Source: a virus (lineage: Duplodnaviria > Caudoviricetes). From it: a stretch of 60,853 bases of DNA. Below, piece after piece: positions 49,630 through 58,153 of the stretch (its first letter is position 1; every line of letters begins with the position of its first letter). A model generated the notes under the pieces. The model was not told where the DNA came from, searched no databases, and saw only the letters and a list, made by a program, of their open reading frames with translations. The stretch spans positions 1 through 60,853 of the IMG/VR virus record IMGVR_UViG_3300034375_004361. One strand, given 5' to 3'. Both the position numbers and the translations under genes were made by a program.

Positions 49630-49823
49630 GGATTGATTGAGTTGTAGAACCGCTCATCAATATCCTTGATGGGGAGAATAAACTCCCTATCACAATAGTC
49701 ATTGATTTCTTTCTGCTGTTCTGGCGTATTCGTCACACAGTTATTGGCGGCTTGATACTGCGCGTTCTTGGTGAGGAGCTCGTGAATCTTGGCTCGCTTC
49801 TCTGGGCATTTGATATCTCTCAT
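49626..49823 (-). CDS. Hypothetical protein, last gene of minus arm
   Basis: Stop overlaps convergent gene's stop (TTAA). Confidence 0.65.
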   Translation of the reverse strand: MRDIKCPEKRAKIHELLTKNAQYQAANNCVTNTPEQQKEINDYCDREFILPIKDIDERFYNSINP

Positions 49824-50152
49824 CTCATTGAAATAAATAGTGGTGACTTCTCCCCTACGTATGCGCCTACGACATTGAACTCCATGAACTCAATAGCGCT
49901 GACGCAATCCATACCATCTCGTTCAATCAGGATGTTTACGCAGTGCTCGTAGTCATAAACAGCGACAGGATTACTACCGTGAGTATGACCCATCAACGCA
50001 TCCCCAAAACCATCAGCAAGTAGGGCCTTGTTGTCTTCAAGGACAGTCATCACTTGCTCATCTCTCATCTCTCTCATCCCGTTGAAAAACTCTTCTGTGC
50101 CGTCAAGCCAGTTCTGGTCGACGTCGTTGTCCCAAAGCTTTGGATATCTCAT
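49820..50152 (-). CDS. Conserved phage protein, 110 aa
   Basis: LADGF.DA.MG...AVYDY....IL..RDGM....A.EF.EFN..GAYVGE.SP. Confidence 0.75.
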   Translation of the reverse strand: MRYPKLWDNDVDQNWLDGTEEFFNGMREMRDEQVMTVLEDNKALLADGFGDALMGHTHGSNPVAVYDYEHCVNILIERDGMDCVSAIEFMEFNVVGAYVGEKSPLFISMR

Positions 50153-50715
50153 AGCTCGATTGTTTTAATGTATCCGTTTACGTGTTTGTTTTTAAGCATC
50201 TCTTGTTCTGGAACGAGCCAACCCCTCGCATTATTGTCTCCCTTCACACTACATGGGACATCTTTCCATCCATGTTTCTTACCTCCGCTGTCATCCACCC
50301 ATACAGCAAAGTCCTCTAGGTAAAACACGTGAGCGTAATCGCAAAGGTGCTCACCCTCAGGTGATGTTTTCTTGAAAATGTAAACGAATATGTCTGCCTC
50401 TCCAACGCTTGAATAAATGCCACACTTCTTGCCCGTGGTTAAACTCATCCACTCCATGAAGAGGTTGGGACAATCGCTCCCTCGTCGGTTCATGTATTCA
50501 TATCCTGACGTGTCGTACTTGACCTCGAACCGAGTGTTCTTCTGGTTCTCCAAGTCCCAGTAGAGACGTTTGTTTGGAGGCTTTACGTCTGAAGAACGGA
50601 TAACAGTATCACCCCTTGACACAAGGTACCTCTCCCATAAGCGTTCCCCTTCGTCTCCCTCTCTTATCTTCTTACGAAAGTTTGAACTGCCCATCGTTCG
50701 ATTCATTGTACTCAT
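50149..50715 (-). CDS. PD-(D/E)xK nuclease-like protein
   Basis: G..GE, WDL......FEVKYD, NLFMEW. Confidence 0.6.
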   Translation of the reverse strand: MSTMNRTMGSSNFRKKIREGDEGERLWERYLVSRGDTVIRSSDVKPPNKRLYWDLENQKNTRFEVKYDTSGYEYMNRRGSDCPNLFMEWMSLTTGKKCGIYSSVGEADIFVYIFKKTSPEGEHLCDYAHVFYLEDFAVWVDDSGGKKHGWKDVPCSVKGDNNARGWLVPEQEMLKNKHVNGYIKTIEL

Positions 50716-50908
50716 CGCACGCTGTAGTTACTGTGTCAAGCTCAACACTCACCCTGCTCTTGAACGCCTTGACTAATTCCATGACGCGAATCCAGTTGAT
50801 GTGAGGTTGACCACACTCAGTGTGCAGGTCTTCGTAAAGCTCGGTGGCTTCTCTCTGAATGTTTGCGGTCGATGAGCAGTAAATCTCACTTAGAGTTTTT
50901 GATTTCAC
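50672..50908 (-). CDS. Hypothetical protein, 78 aa
   Basis: Fills gap in minus-strand operon. Confidence 0.55.
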   Translation of the reverse strand: MKSKTLSEIYCSSTANIQREATELYEDLHTECGQPHINWIRVMELVKAFKSRVSVELDTVTTACDEYNESNDGQFKLS

Positions 50909-51368
50909 GGCAGATGGTTTGGATGGTTTCGTCTACTTGTTTCTTGTTCTTTGGAATAAAGAGCATATAGTCTTCCATTCCGTTGTCGACTAGGTACTTC
51001 AAGAACATCTTCCACCTGATGGGGAAGGTGTGCTGTGATGGGACATAGCCCTTGGTCTCAATGATGAACTTGTGCTCGTGCGATACGAAGTCTGGGGTGT
51101 ACTTCACCTGCAAGACTGCGTTGCCCGTGGCGTTCCTCATGTAGTCCTTTCCCTTCGTCGACTTGAAGTAGATACCAGGGTACCTAAATCCATCTTGCAC
51201 TATGAAGGTCTCACCCTCATAAACAAAACTGATGTCGAACTCCTTTAATTGGTCGTAGCAGTAGGTCTCAAGGTTGGACTTCAACTGCATCCCATCGCGC
51301 CGAAGGTTGCGCGACTTGGCGCTTTTCTTCTTGGGACGAGTGAGATTCTTCCTTGGTCTCCTCTGCAT
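50886..51368 (-). CDS. T7 endonuclease I-like Holliday junction resolvase
   Basis: KSNLE, F.YE, YTPDF, IIETKG. Confidence 0.8.
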   Translation of the reverse strand: MQRRPRKNLTRPKKKSAKSRNLRRDGMQLKSNLETYCYDQLKEFDISFVYEGETFIVQDGFRYPGIYFKSTKGKDYMRNATGNAVLQVKYTPDFVSHEHKFIIETKGYVPSQHTFPIRWKMFLKYLVDNGMEDYMLFIPKNKKQVDETIQTICREIKNSK

Positions 51369-51378
51369 GCGCCATAGT

Positions 51379-53181
51379 TTACAACAGGTCAGGGTGTATT
51401 CTGGACTGCGTTCCCACTACTTTTTCACCAAGTGGAGAAAAGAAACCTTGAACAGGCCCCTCAAGAGAGAAGGCGCTGTGTGTGTTGTTGAACTTAAAGA
51501 ACAAAGGCTCTGCGTATGGCGTCGGGGTGCCGCCTGTATCTGTCTCCCTCACCTTTCGTACGTGCATCTCTGTACAGAACCTTACGTTCGGGTCAGTGTG
51601 TTGCACCTTTCTGTGAAGGGTGATGAAGCAGTCAGCCCTGTTCACCCACTTGCCACCACCCTCGGTGTCTTCTGCAAAAGGAGCACGGGGATATCCGTCA
51701 GGGTCTTTCTGCCTCTGAGATTCTGTAACGCTATGCGCGTTGACCCAGACAGCCACACCCAACCTGTTGCTGAATGTCAAGAAGTCTGACGCGGCTTCGT
51801 AGTGGTACTCGTGTGAGTTAAGGTGCTTCCCCTTCATGCCATCAATTCTCAGGCTGTTGTAAGGGTCAATAAACAAACCGTCGATGGCTTTCATTCGGTG
51901 CAGTTTCTCTGCAAACAGAAGGACATCTGTGTAGCTGAGGACTTCATCGTTTTTGATAACCACAAAGTGTTCCTTCACCCACTGGTATGCACGCTTCTGT
52001 TCTTGATATGACATGCTCGTGATGTGCTTGTCCAAACAGAACTGCATGAGCTTCATCTTGAGGGCGGCTGTAGTGTTCTCCGCGCTGTAGATAACCCATC
52101 TCCATCCGTGGTTCATGCTTGCACTGACCATGAGGAACAGAGTGAACGTCGTCTTACCGATGTTACTGTGGCCGTTAATCATGACGAACTCCTTCTTGAA
52201 TCGGAAGTTCTCGTCCAACCTAGTGTTGCCTGTCGACAGACCGACCTCAATGTTGCCCTCCCTGTACTGGTCAATCCATGCGAAGTCAGCGTCGTCAGAA
52301 GAGACGAAGGACATGTCACCATCCTGCAACAGGATGTCCCTCTTAATCTGCTCCTCGTCTGCAAGAACCTCCTTGATAGGCATGGTCTTGCCATGAGCCA
52401 CTCCGTCCTTGATGGTGCGACGAGCAAGCTCCATGTCATCCAAGTCGTGCTTCTCAATCTCTCTCTCCAGAACGTAGTAAGCTACGTCCTCTTCAATCTT
52501 ACCTGCCCCGACGTAACCACCGATGAGATGAGCCGCACGAATCAGAGTGCTGTGCTTCTCTCCATCACTGGCCTTGGCAATCATGCGTGCCGCAATGTTC
52601 AGCTTCTCGTAGTCTGTCTTGTCCTCAATGTTCTGGATGTAGGTGGCATTGGTCTGCTCACCAATCATGCCGCTGAACACGTCAGCATCTTTGACTACAA
52701 TCTCTGGGTCACAGCTTTCAAAGCAAGCGCGTGATTCATTGATGCCAGTGGAGTCTACCTCCAGTCCATACTGACTGTCGAAGTACTTCTGGAGACTGCG
52801 GAAGTGGTCTCTGTGTCGGGATGGTTCTTGCACCTCGACCAGTGCCTTGATGCCGTTACCCGATGGGCTGACCCAACAGCTACGAACGTATCGGTCTGAG
52901 CCAATGACATTCTTCCCACGCTCTACGTCGATGTGGTCAAAGTCTAGGACGATGAGGCCACTGTGCCTCTTGAGATTGTCGTCCTTCCTGCCGCTGAACT
53001 CCCCGCTGAAAAGAACTATTGGAAGCTTTGTCTTCTCGCTCTTCTCTCCGTCACGGATTCTATCAATCCTCGTTGTGTGTTTCCCTTGTCGTATCCTGTT
53101 CAGCGCTGTCTCCAACGAAATGTACGTTGGCTCCTGTACTTGATGTATGGAAGGGAATATGGTGACGATGGGGTTGCTCAT
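51379..53181 (-). CDS. Primase-helicase (BT4734/VirE-N-like domain + SF4/DnaB-like helicase)
   Basis: KTKLP...SG.F..R, HSGLIVLDFDH, SPSGNG.K, SRACF; helicase GHSNIGKT, SAEN, IDPYN, AH, KVR. Confidence 0.85.
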   Translation of the reverse strand: MSNPIVTIFPSIHQVQEPTYISLETALNRIRQGKHTTRIDRIRDGEKSEKTKLPIVLFSGEFSGRKDDNLKRHSGLIVLDFDHIDVERGKNVIGSDRYVRSCWVSPSGNGIKALVEVQEPSRHRDHFRSLQKYFDSQYGLEVDSTGINESRACFESCDPEIVVKDADVFSGMIGEQTNATYIQNIEDKTDYEKLNIAARMIAKASDGEKHSTLIRAAHLIGGYVGAGKIEEDVAYYVLEREIEKHDLDDMELARRTIKDGVAHGKTMPIKEVLADEEQIKRDILLQDGDMSFVSSDDADFAWIDQYREGNIEVGLSTGNTRLDENFRFKKEFVMINGHSNIGKTTFTLFLMVSASMNHGWRWVIYSAENTTAALKMKLMQFCLDKHITSMSYQEQKRAYQWVKEHFVVIKNDEVLSYTDVLLFAEKLHRMKAIDGLFIDPYNSLRIDGMKGKHLNSHEYHYEAASDFLTFSNRLGVAVWVNAHSVTESQRQKDPDGYPRAPFAEDTEGGGKWVNRADCFITLHRKVQHTDPNVRFCTEMHVRKVRETDTGGTPTPYAEPLFFKFNNTHSAFSLEGPVQGFFSPLGEKVVGTQSRIHPDLL

Positions 53182-53437
53182 TTAATTTAATTTCTAGCAG
53201 GATTAGGTAGCCGATAAGGTCTCGGACAACGTCCTCGTCTTCAACTCCTTCCTTGAAGTTCATAAGACGATTAAGTTTGTCGTCGATGCGAACCTTCAGT
53301 TGCTCAACAGAGTCAGCCTTGCTGAAGATTCTTACTGGGTCTAACGCGGAGTTCCCGTACTTATTGTTCTTCTCTATCAGAAACTCTGCGATAGTCTCGC
53401 AGTGGTCCTTGATTCTTTTGGACGCGGTTTTTGACAT
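53063..53437 (-). CDS. DUF1599-like nucleotide-modification-associated protein
   Basis: Start MSKT at 53437; KN.KYGNS, VRIDDKLNR, D.V.DLIGY. Confidence 0.75.
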   Translation of the reverse strand: MSKTASKRIKDHCETIAEFLIEKNNKYGNSALDPVRIFSKADSVEQLKVRIDDKLNRLMNFKEGVEDEDVVRDLIGYLILLEIKLNEQPHRHHIPFHTSSTGANVHFVGDSAEQDTTRETHNED

Positions 53438-53861
53438 GGTCAATAGTTTTTTGGATGTTATCGAGAGTCTTCTGAAGAACGTCAAGCTCTGCCTCGTTGC
53501 TGATGTAGTGACGATACTGTCCGATAGGATACACGTTCATCTCCTTTGAGCACTCAACAACTACACGTGTGGCTTTCTCATAAAACTGCCCATACTTGGA
53601 GCTGTATGCCATGTACATGTCATGGTTCTTGATGGCATGCAAGATAGTGCTGTGGTCCTTCCAAAACATAGACGCCGCCTCAGCTCTACCAACAAACGGC
53701 GACACGGCATTGAACACTGCGGCTCGGGCCTCGACAGACGAGCGGCTTCTGTTTGCCGCCCACCGACGCAGGGACCGAGGGCTGAGGTGGTGCAGATTCA
53801 GCTCTTCCATGTACCTCTCACGGACTGCGTTAATAAATGGGTTGGTCGAACGCTTCTTCAT
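53361..53861 (-). CDS. DnaA domain IV-like HTH protein
   Basis: R.R..VEAR......A..F.KDHSTILHAIK; C-terminal coiled coil. Confidence 0.7.
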   Translation of the reverse strand: MKKRSTNPFINAVRERYMEELNLHHLSPRSLRRWAANRSRSSVEARAAVFNAVSPFVGRAEAASMFWKDHSTILHAIKNHDMYMAYSSKYGQFYEKATRVVVECSKEMNVYPIGQYRHYISNEAELDVLQKTLDNIQKTIDHVKNRVQKNQGPLRDYRRVSDREEQ

Positions 53862-53940
53862 CCTTCGTTGTTTTCAATGTAGACAGCCCACAACAAAACG
53901 AATGCGAGCATAATAAATGGAACTAGTGAAATAAACATAG

Positions 53941-54003
53941 AAGGGAGGAGGTGAGTCGAACACCTCACGTGCCACCAACAAAAGCACGGCTCCGAGCTCC
54001 CTT
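53941..54003 (-). ncRNA. tRNA-like element lacking a D-arm
   Basis: AAGGGAG/CTCCCTT outer stem, CGTGC/GCACG arm, GAGGTG-TTCGACT-CACCTC T-arm. Confidence 0.5.
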
Positions 54004-54004
54004 T

Positions 54005-54195
54005 GTACTTGTCTTTCCAAGCTGTCAGTCTTTGATGCCCATAAGGGGAAATGAGTCTTCAACCTTGCGGCCCCACTTAATCAATGTTCTCGGTGCGATA
54101 TCACTCCAAGTTCTTTTCAATCGACCAGCACGAGAACTGACTGGACATCCCACCTCACCCGACAAGGTTGAGTTCTTTACACCGCAAAGGGCTAG
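54005..54195 (-). ncRNA. Putative structured ncRNA between tRNA-Arg and the tRNA-like element
   Basis: Nested stems GTTCTCGTGC/GCACCGAGAAC, AACCTTGTCGG or CCTTTGCGG with CCGCAAGGTT, CTTG-GAAAGA-CAAG. Confidence 0.4.
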
Positions 54196-54209
54196 AAAGA
54201 AAAGAGATG

Positions 54210-54283
54210 TACCCCCGACAGGAATCGAACCTGTGACCGTCTGCTTAGAAGGCAGATGCTCTATCCAACTGAGCTACGAGGGC
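54210..54283 (-). tRNA. tRNA-Arg, anticodon TCT (CCA not encoded)
   Basis: GCCCTCGTAGCTCAGTTGGATAGAGCATCTGCCTTCTAAGCAGACGGTCACAGGTTCGATTCCTGTCGGGGGTA, full cloverleaf. Confidence 0.95.
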
Positions 54284-54289
54284 GGGGTC

Positions 54290-54363
54290 GGGGTGGCTTT
54301 GTTTCCTGAGGAAAATGAATTAAACCTCGTTGCAGGTTCTCCCTGCACACCATGCGCCACCCC
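54290..54363 (-). ncRNA. Three-way-junction RNA element upstream of tRNA
   Basis: GGGGTGGC/GCCACCCC enclosing TGCAGG-GAGAA-CCTGCA and GAGG/CCTC hairpins. Confidence 0.45.
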
Positions 54364-54369
54364 TAGGGA

Positions 54370-54624
54370 TTAGAACGGCATGCCGTCTGCTGACGTTTCA
54401 GCTGGCTTGCTAGACTGCCATGAGGCGGGGTCTTCGATGACAGCCCAAGCGTTGCCTTTGTTGTTCTGCTCCTTGTTCTTGGTGATGTTCACCTTGACAT
54501 ACACGTTGCCTTTCTCTGTGGCAAAGCGCTTCATCTGGTCCAACTCAGCCAAGGTGAACTTGACCTTGAGAGAGACGTGGGGTTCTACGTAACCTACGTA
54601 GTTGTTGTTGTTTTCCTTAGACAT
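54370..54624 (-). CDS. Putative single-stranded DNA-binding protein
   Basis: Small beta-rich protein with acidic C-terminal DGMPF tail, in recombination cluster. Confidence 0.6.
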   Translation of the reverse strand: MSKENNNNYVGYVEPHVSLKVKFTLAELDQMKRFATEKGNVYVKVNITKNKEQNNKGNAWAVIEDPASWQSSKPAETSADGMPF

Positions 54625-54634
54625 GGCTAAAGGT

Positions 54635-54907
54635 TTAGGGGTTAATTGTTTTAACGAAATCGTTGTACTGATTACGAAACGCAGGAATCATCATCTTATT
54701 GTCTGCATGTGCATTGAGCAACCAGAGCTCGTTGCTTGTGCAGTTCAACAGAGCGTGCAAGTCTTTGTATGGGATGTTCTTATCCCCGACGAGGTACCTG
54801 ACGACGCTACACTTGGCGTCCCAAAGAGGTGTCTGGTACTTGGTGGGGCAGGTGACGTCCACGCCAAAGTACTTGCTTGCTCCGATGATGATATCCTGTG
54901 TGTTCAT
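54635..54907 (-). CDS. Second, divergent DnaA domain IV-like protein
   Basis: DIII..SKYFGVD......DAK..V.YL......Y..L...LN. Confidence 0.45.
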   Translation of the reverse strand: MNTQDIIIGASKYFGVDVTCPTKYQTPLWDAKCSVVRYLVGDKNIPYKDLHALLNCTSNELWLLNAHADNKMMIPAFRNQYNDFVKTINP

Positions 54908-55689
54908 ATTTCTTCGTAGTTGTAGTAAGCGTCGGAGATGAGAGCACCGTCCAAGTACGCTTTTATTTTTTCAATGGCCGTGTTGAACTTGCGTTCTCCA
55001 GACTCTAGTGTTTGTGGTGATGCCTTGTACACACCGACAGCGTAGGGGAATGTCTTCTCCTGTACCACCCAGTAGTAGTCCTTCACATCAAAGACTCGGC
55101 AGTAGATGTAAGCTTGGATGTCGTATCCAAACTTGAAGACATCATACCTGAAGCCACTCATGCGTTGGGTGGTCTTGCTGTCAGAGATGTAGTCATCCCC
55201 CTTGCAGTCTAGGAATCCTCGGACAGGGATGTCATCCCCTTGGATACCCTCGATGAACTTGTTGAACTCTACCTGATAGTCCCCGCTGAGGAACTGGTCA
55301 CGGACAGGTGTCCTGTCGAGACGTTCAATCATCTCCATCGCTTTCTTGTAGTCGTTGGCATTGACTACAACCTTGCCGTCGGTGGTTGCTTGGATTGTCT
55401 GTTCCTTCAACCAGTCCTTGTACTTCTTCGTGGCCCTTGGGGACTTACCCCCAACCTCCTCGACAATCTTGTCGTCGTTAACTACAACGAACTCCTTGTC
55501 AAAAAATTGTGGCTCGAACAGAAGCTTGTCGTACACCGAGCCAAAGCGGAGGGCATCTGTATCCTTCCTGATGCGACCCTGCATGTACATCTCCCAAAGC
55601 TTGATGTCTTTGAGAGCCTCCTTGCAGGAGGAATAGGACAGGTAACCTTTGCCTACCCTCTCTGCAAGTCGGTTCGCAAACTCCATCAT
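54904..55689 (-). CDS. RecE/exonuclease VIII-like PD-(D/E)xK exonuclease
   Basis: LSYSS, AL.FGS, RGFLD, DSKTT, YDIQAYIY, QEK..PY. Confidence 0.8.
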   Translation of the reverse strand: MMEFANRLAERVGKGYLSYSSCKEALKDIKLWEMYMQGRIRKDTDALRFGSVYDKLLFEPQFFDKEFVVVNDDKIVEEVGGKSPRATKKYKDWLKEQTIQATTDGKVVVNANDYKKAMEMIERLDRTPVRDQFLSGDYQVEFNKFIEGIQGDDIPVRGFLDCKGDDYISDSKTTQRMSGFRYDVFKFGYDIQAYIYCRVFDVKDYYWVVQEKTFPYAVGVYKASPQTLESGERKFNTAIEKIKAYLDGALISDAYYNYEEI

Positions 55690-56303
55690 CCGCAGGCCGC
55701 CTTCAAGGTGTCCTGTTGCTTCGGAGTCATGCGCTTTCCGTGCTTCTCATCAACAGCTTGGAACGCGGCAAGAGAGTTCTTGCTACTGCGGATGTAGCTC
55801 TCCAACTGTTCCATCTCTTCATCGCTCAAGCCTTTCGATGGTGACGCTTTCTTTGGGGCGGCCTTACGAGCTGGGGCTGGAGCTGTACGTCCATGGTTGT
55901 TGGTCGCGTCGCTGTCCTTCGTGTCGTCGATGCAGAACAATCCATTCAATGCATACTTGCGAGCGTAGCTTGACGCAGAGCCTGTGATTTGAGCGGCATC
56001 CATACCCTTCTTGGTCTCCTCTTCACGAGCGAAGCCTGAGGTCTGTACAGCTTGACCATCTCCGTTGTGTACGACTGCTGTTGCCTTGACGTACACTCGG
56101 CCAGACACATCGACCATCTCGTCGGTTACGGTGAGGATGAGACCATGCTGATTGAGGTGAGGCTTGACAGCTTCGAGGATGTCCTCGCAAGACCGATACT
56201 TATAGCCTCCAAACTTGTTGGTCTGACCTTTAGGTGCCTTGAGAGCTGACTGAATTGCCGATAGGCTGTCGACAATGGCCTTGTAGTTGTTGTCTTCTGA
56301 CAT
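55686..56303 (-). CDS. erf: ERF-family single-strand annealing protein
   Basis: KAPK.Q.N.FG.Y.YRS.EDI, Q.TGS.SSYARKYAL.GLF.IDD..D.D. Confidence 0.9.
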   Translation of the reverse strand: MSEDNNYKAIVDSLSAIQSALKAPKGQTNKFGGYKYRSCEDILEAVKPHLNQHGLILTVTDEMVDVSGRVYVKATAVVHNGDGQAVQTSGFAREEETKKGMDAAQITGSASSYARKYALNGLFCIDDTKDSDATNNHGRTAPAPARKAAPKKASPSKGLSDEEMEQLESYIRSSKNSLAAFQAVDEKHGKRMTPKQQDTLKAACG

Positions 56304-56322
56304 TTTACTATGGGTTTGAATT

Positions 56323-56487
56323 TTAATCTATTGGAATGTTGAAGCCTTTGGATAAGCACTTCTCGCTTGCTGTTCTTGCCACAAGAATACTGTTCTTAAA
56401 TACCTTGTTGAGTATTCTGACAGGCAAAAATAACAGCAGGGATGTGATGAGAGCAGTCAGCATGACTACCCAGTGTAGTATCTTCAT
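56323..56487 (-). CDS. Small membrane peptide, 54 aa (not in ORF track)
   Basis: MKILHWVVMLTALITSLLLFLPV; upstream TTG-N20-GAACTTTG promoter variant. Confidence 0.5.
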   Translation of the reverse strand: MKILHWVVMLTALITSLLLFLPVRILNKVFKNSILVARTASEKCLSKGFNIPID

Positions 56488-56541
56488 TTGATTTGGTTAC
56501 AAAGTTCGTGAAGATTTTCTACAAATTCAAGGTTTGACATG

Positions 56542-56784
56542 TTAATTGTGTTTAACAGATTGTGGATTGACTGTGGATTGGGCTGATTCAAAGAAGCCAT
56601 ACTGCTCTGCGTCTCTCATAACCTTGTTGACTTGCATTGTAAAGAAGCTCTGTGCTCCATAGCCATCGACCAAGGGCTTCTTCAGTGTTTCTACCTTGTG
56701 TCGGTGTGCTCGCACAATCTTGTCAAACAGACGGGCTTTATCTTCGAGGACCGCGAGGCGGTCGTGTGGAAGTTGGTTCATCAT
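56542..56784 (-). CDS. Hypothetical protein, 80 aa
   Basis: 4-nt overlap with upstream gene. Confidence 0.65.
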   Translation of the reverse strand: MMNQLPHDRLAVLEDKARLFDKIVRAHRHKVETLKKPLVDGYGAQSFFTMQVNKVMRDAEQYGFFESAQSTVNPQSVKHN

Positions 56785-57890
56785 TGCTGTGTATTTAAGT
56801 GTTGTTCTACTTTCTCTTTAACGCCTACACCCCATGTGTTATTGTCCAAGGATGTAGCCAATGTCATTCTTTCTTCGGAGAGCAACGACGTCTCTTCCGA
56901 GACACGTGCCGTGATAGACGCAAGCTCTTTTTCAAGTCTAGCCTTCGTGACCATGAGGTTTTTGAGGGTGGCGTTGCAAGCCTCCACCGCCCCAACCTTT
57001 GAGTACAGCTCCCGAGCCTTTGAGAAACTCACATCCCCCACGATAACTTCCAAGGTGGTGTTGAGGTACTTATCCTTGTCTTTTGTTTCCTCTTGGTCAA
57101 GAACCTGAAGCGTTCTCCATCCTGTGTTGCCGTAAGAGATGAGGTTGTATGTCTTCTCTTTGCAAGTCATCATAGTCAGCTTCACAGCCTCATCCCAATC
57201 CTGTTCGGTGATGAAGCAGTCGAACTTGAACGCAGGTGACTGACGTAGCTCACCTCGCTCACACTTGTCCACTAGGTTGCGAGCTACGGAAGCCTTGGCT
57301 TGGTTGTACTTGTGACGGATGTTCATCGCAAGTTCCTTGTGGTCGTTGACCCAGATAGGAACACGTGTGAAGTCTCCCGCTTTGGTTGGTTGCTCGTCGC
57401 CATGGTACAGAGCCACAGTGAGGTCTTGGGGACCGTGCTTCAAGACGTATGTATTAGGTACAGGAGAGTTCATAACCTTACGGACGTTGCTACACCCCGT
57501 GACACTGAACTTCTTGCTGAAGTGTTGAGTGATGGTGTACTCGTTGGCCTGTGTAGAAATCCACTGCTCTACACGAGATGCAACAGGGTCATACTTATCC
57601 ATGAAGCGTCTGTAGATATTCAGACACAGCTCTTCGTTGTTACTGCTCCAGTTGAAGTCTCTGATGTTCACAACCTCACCGAAGATGCGCTCCTCGAATA
57701 GCGGCATCAACCTTTGCCTCATCAACCATTGTGTGTTGTCTTTGTAGGATGCAAGGAGCTCGGCTCCGAGAGGTGAATTGATAACTGCCTTGGACTCCTC
57801 AATCTCGTTGACGTCGGCCTCTTTGACCAAGGTCAACAGCTTGTCCAACAACTCTTTGTCGTCTGTGATGTCTCTGTTACTGAATTTCAT
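56781..57890 (-). CDS. Hypothetical protein, 369 aa, C-terminal coiled coil
   Basis: Long ORF with A-rich leader; no motif recognised. Confidence 0.8.
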   Translation of the reverse strand: MKFSNRDITDDKELLDKLLTLVKEADVNEIEESKAVINSPLGAELLASYKDNTQWLMRQRLMPLFEERIFGEVVNIRDFNWSSNNEELCLNIYRRFMDKYDPVASRVEQWISTQANEYTITQHFSKKFSVTGCSNVRKVMNSPVPNTYVLKHGPQDLTVALYHGDEQPTKAGDFTRVPIWVNDHKELAMNIRHKYNQAKASVARNLVDKCERGELRQSPAFKFDCFITEQDWDEAVKLTMMTCKEKTYNLISYGNTGWRTLQVLDQEETKDKDKYLNTTLEVIVGDVSFSKARELYSKVGAVEACNATLKNLMVTKARLEKELASITARVSEETSLLSEERMTLATSLDNNTWGVGVKEKVEQHLNTQQ

Positions 57891-57988
57891 AGCTTATTTA
57901 TTTTGATTTATTCTGATAATACATAGGACAAGTAGTCCTGATAGGTATGCTGTAAGTACAGCGAGGGCGGTGATGTCGATGATGGTCA

Positions 57989-58153
57989 TCATTCTTTTTG
58001 TTTTATCTGAACCTTCACGACCATGCTTGACGGCCTACCATCGTTCTTGTGAAACCATACCACAGCTTCCTTTCTGTTGTCAAACACAGGAGTTCCATCG
58101 TAGATGCGGTCGTCTATCTCGTTGTAGATGGTGTAGTAAGTTTCAATCTTCAT
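57989..58153 (-). CDS. Hypothetical early protein
   Basis: Likely start MKIETYY at 58153. Confidence 0.6.
   Translation of the reverse strand: MKIETYYTIYNEIDDRIYDGTPVFDNRKEAVVWFHKNDGRPSSMVVKVQIKQKE

Noticed and set aside
54150-54209. Theta (HDV-like) ribozyme at the tRNA 3' end
   Set aside because: Sequence following the tRNA is a pyrimidine tract with no P1/P2/P3 nested pseudoknot that I could build
54290-54363. Hammerhead ribozyme (CTGAGGA on plus strand, GAAAC on minus strand)
   Set aside because: The two core motifs are on opposite strands and the required stem II/GAAA arrangement is missing
56561-56580. TGTGGATTG tandem as DnaA boxes
   Set aside because: Two mismatches to consensus and lies within a coding region
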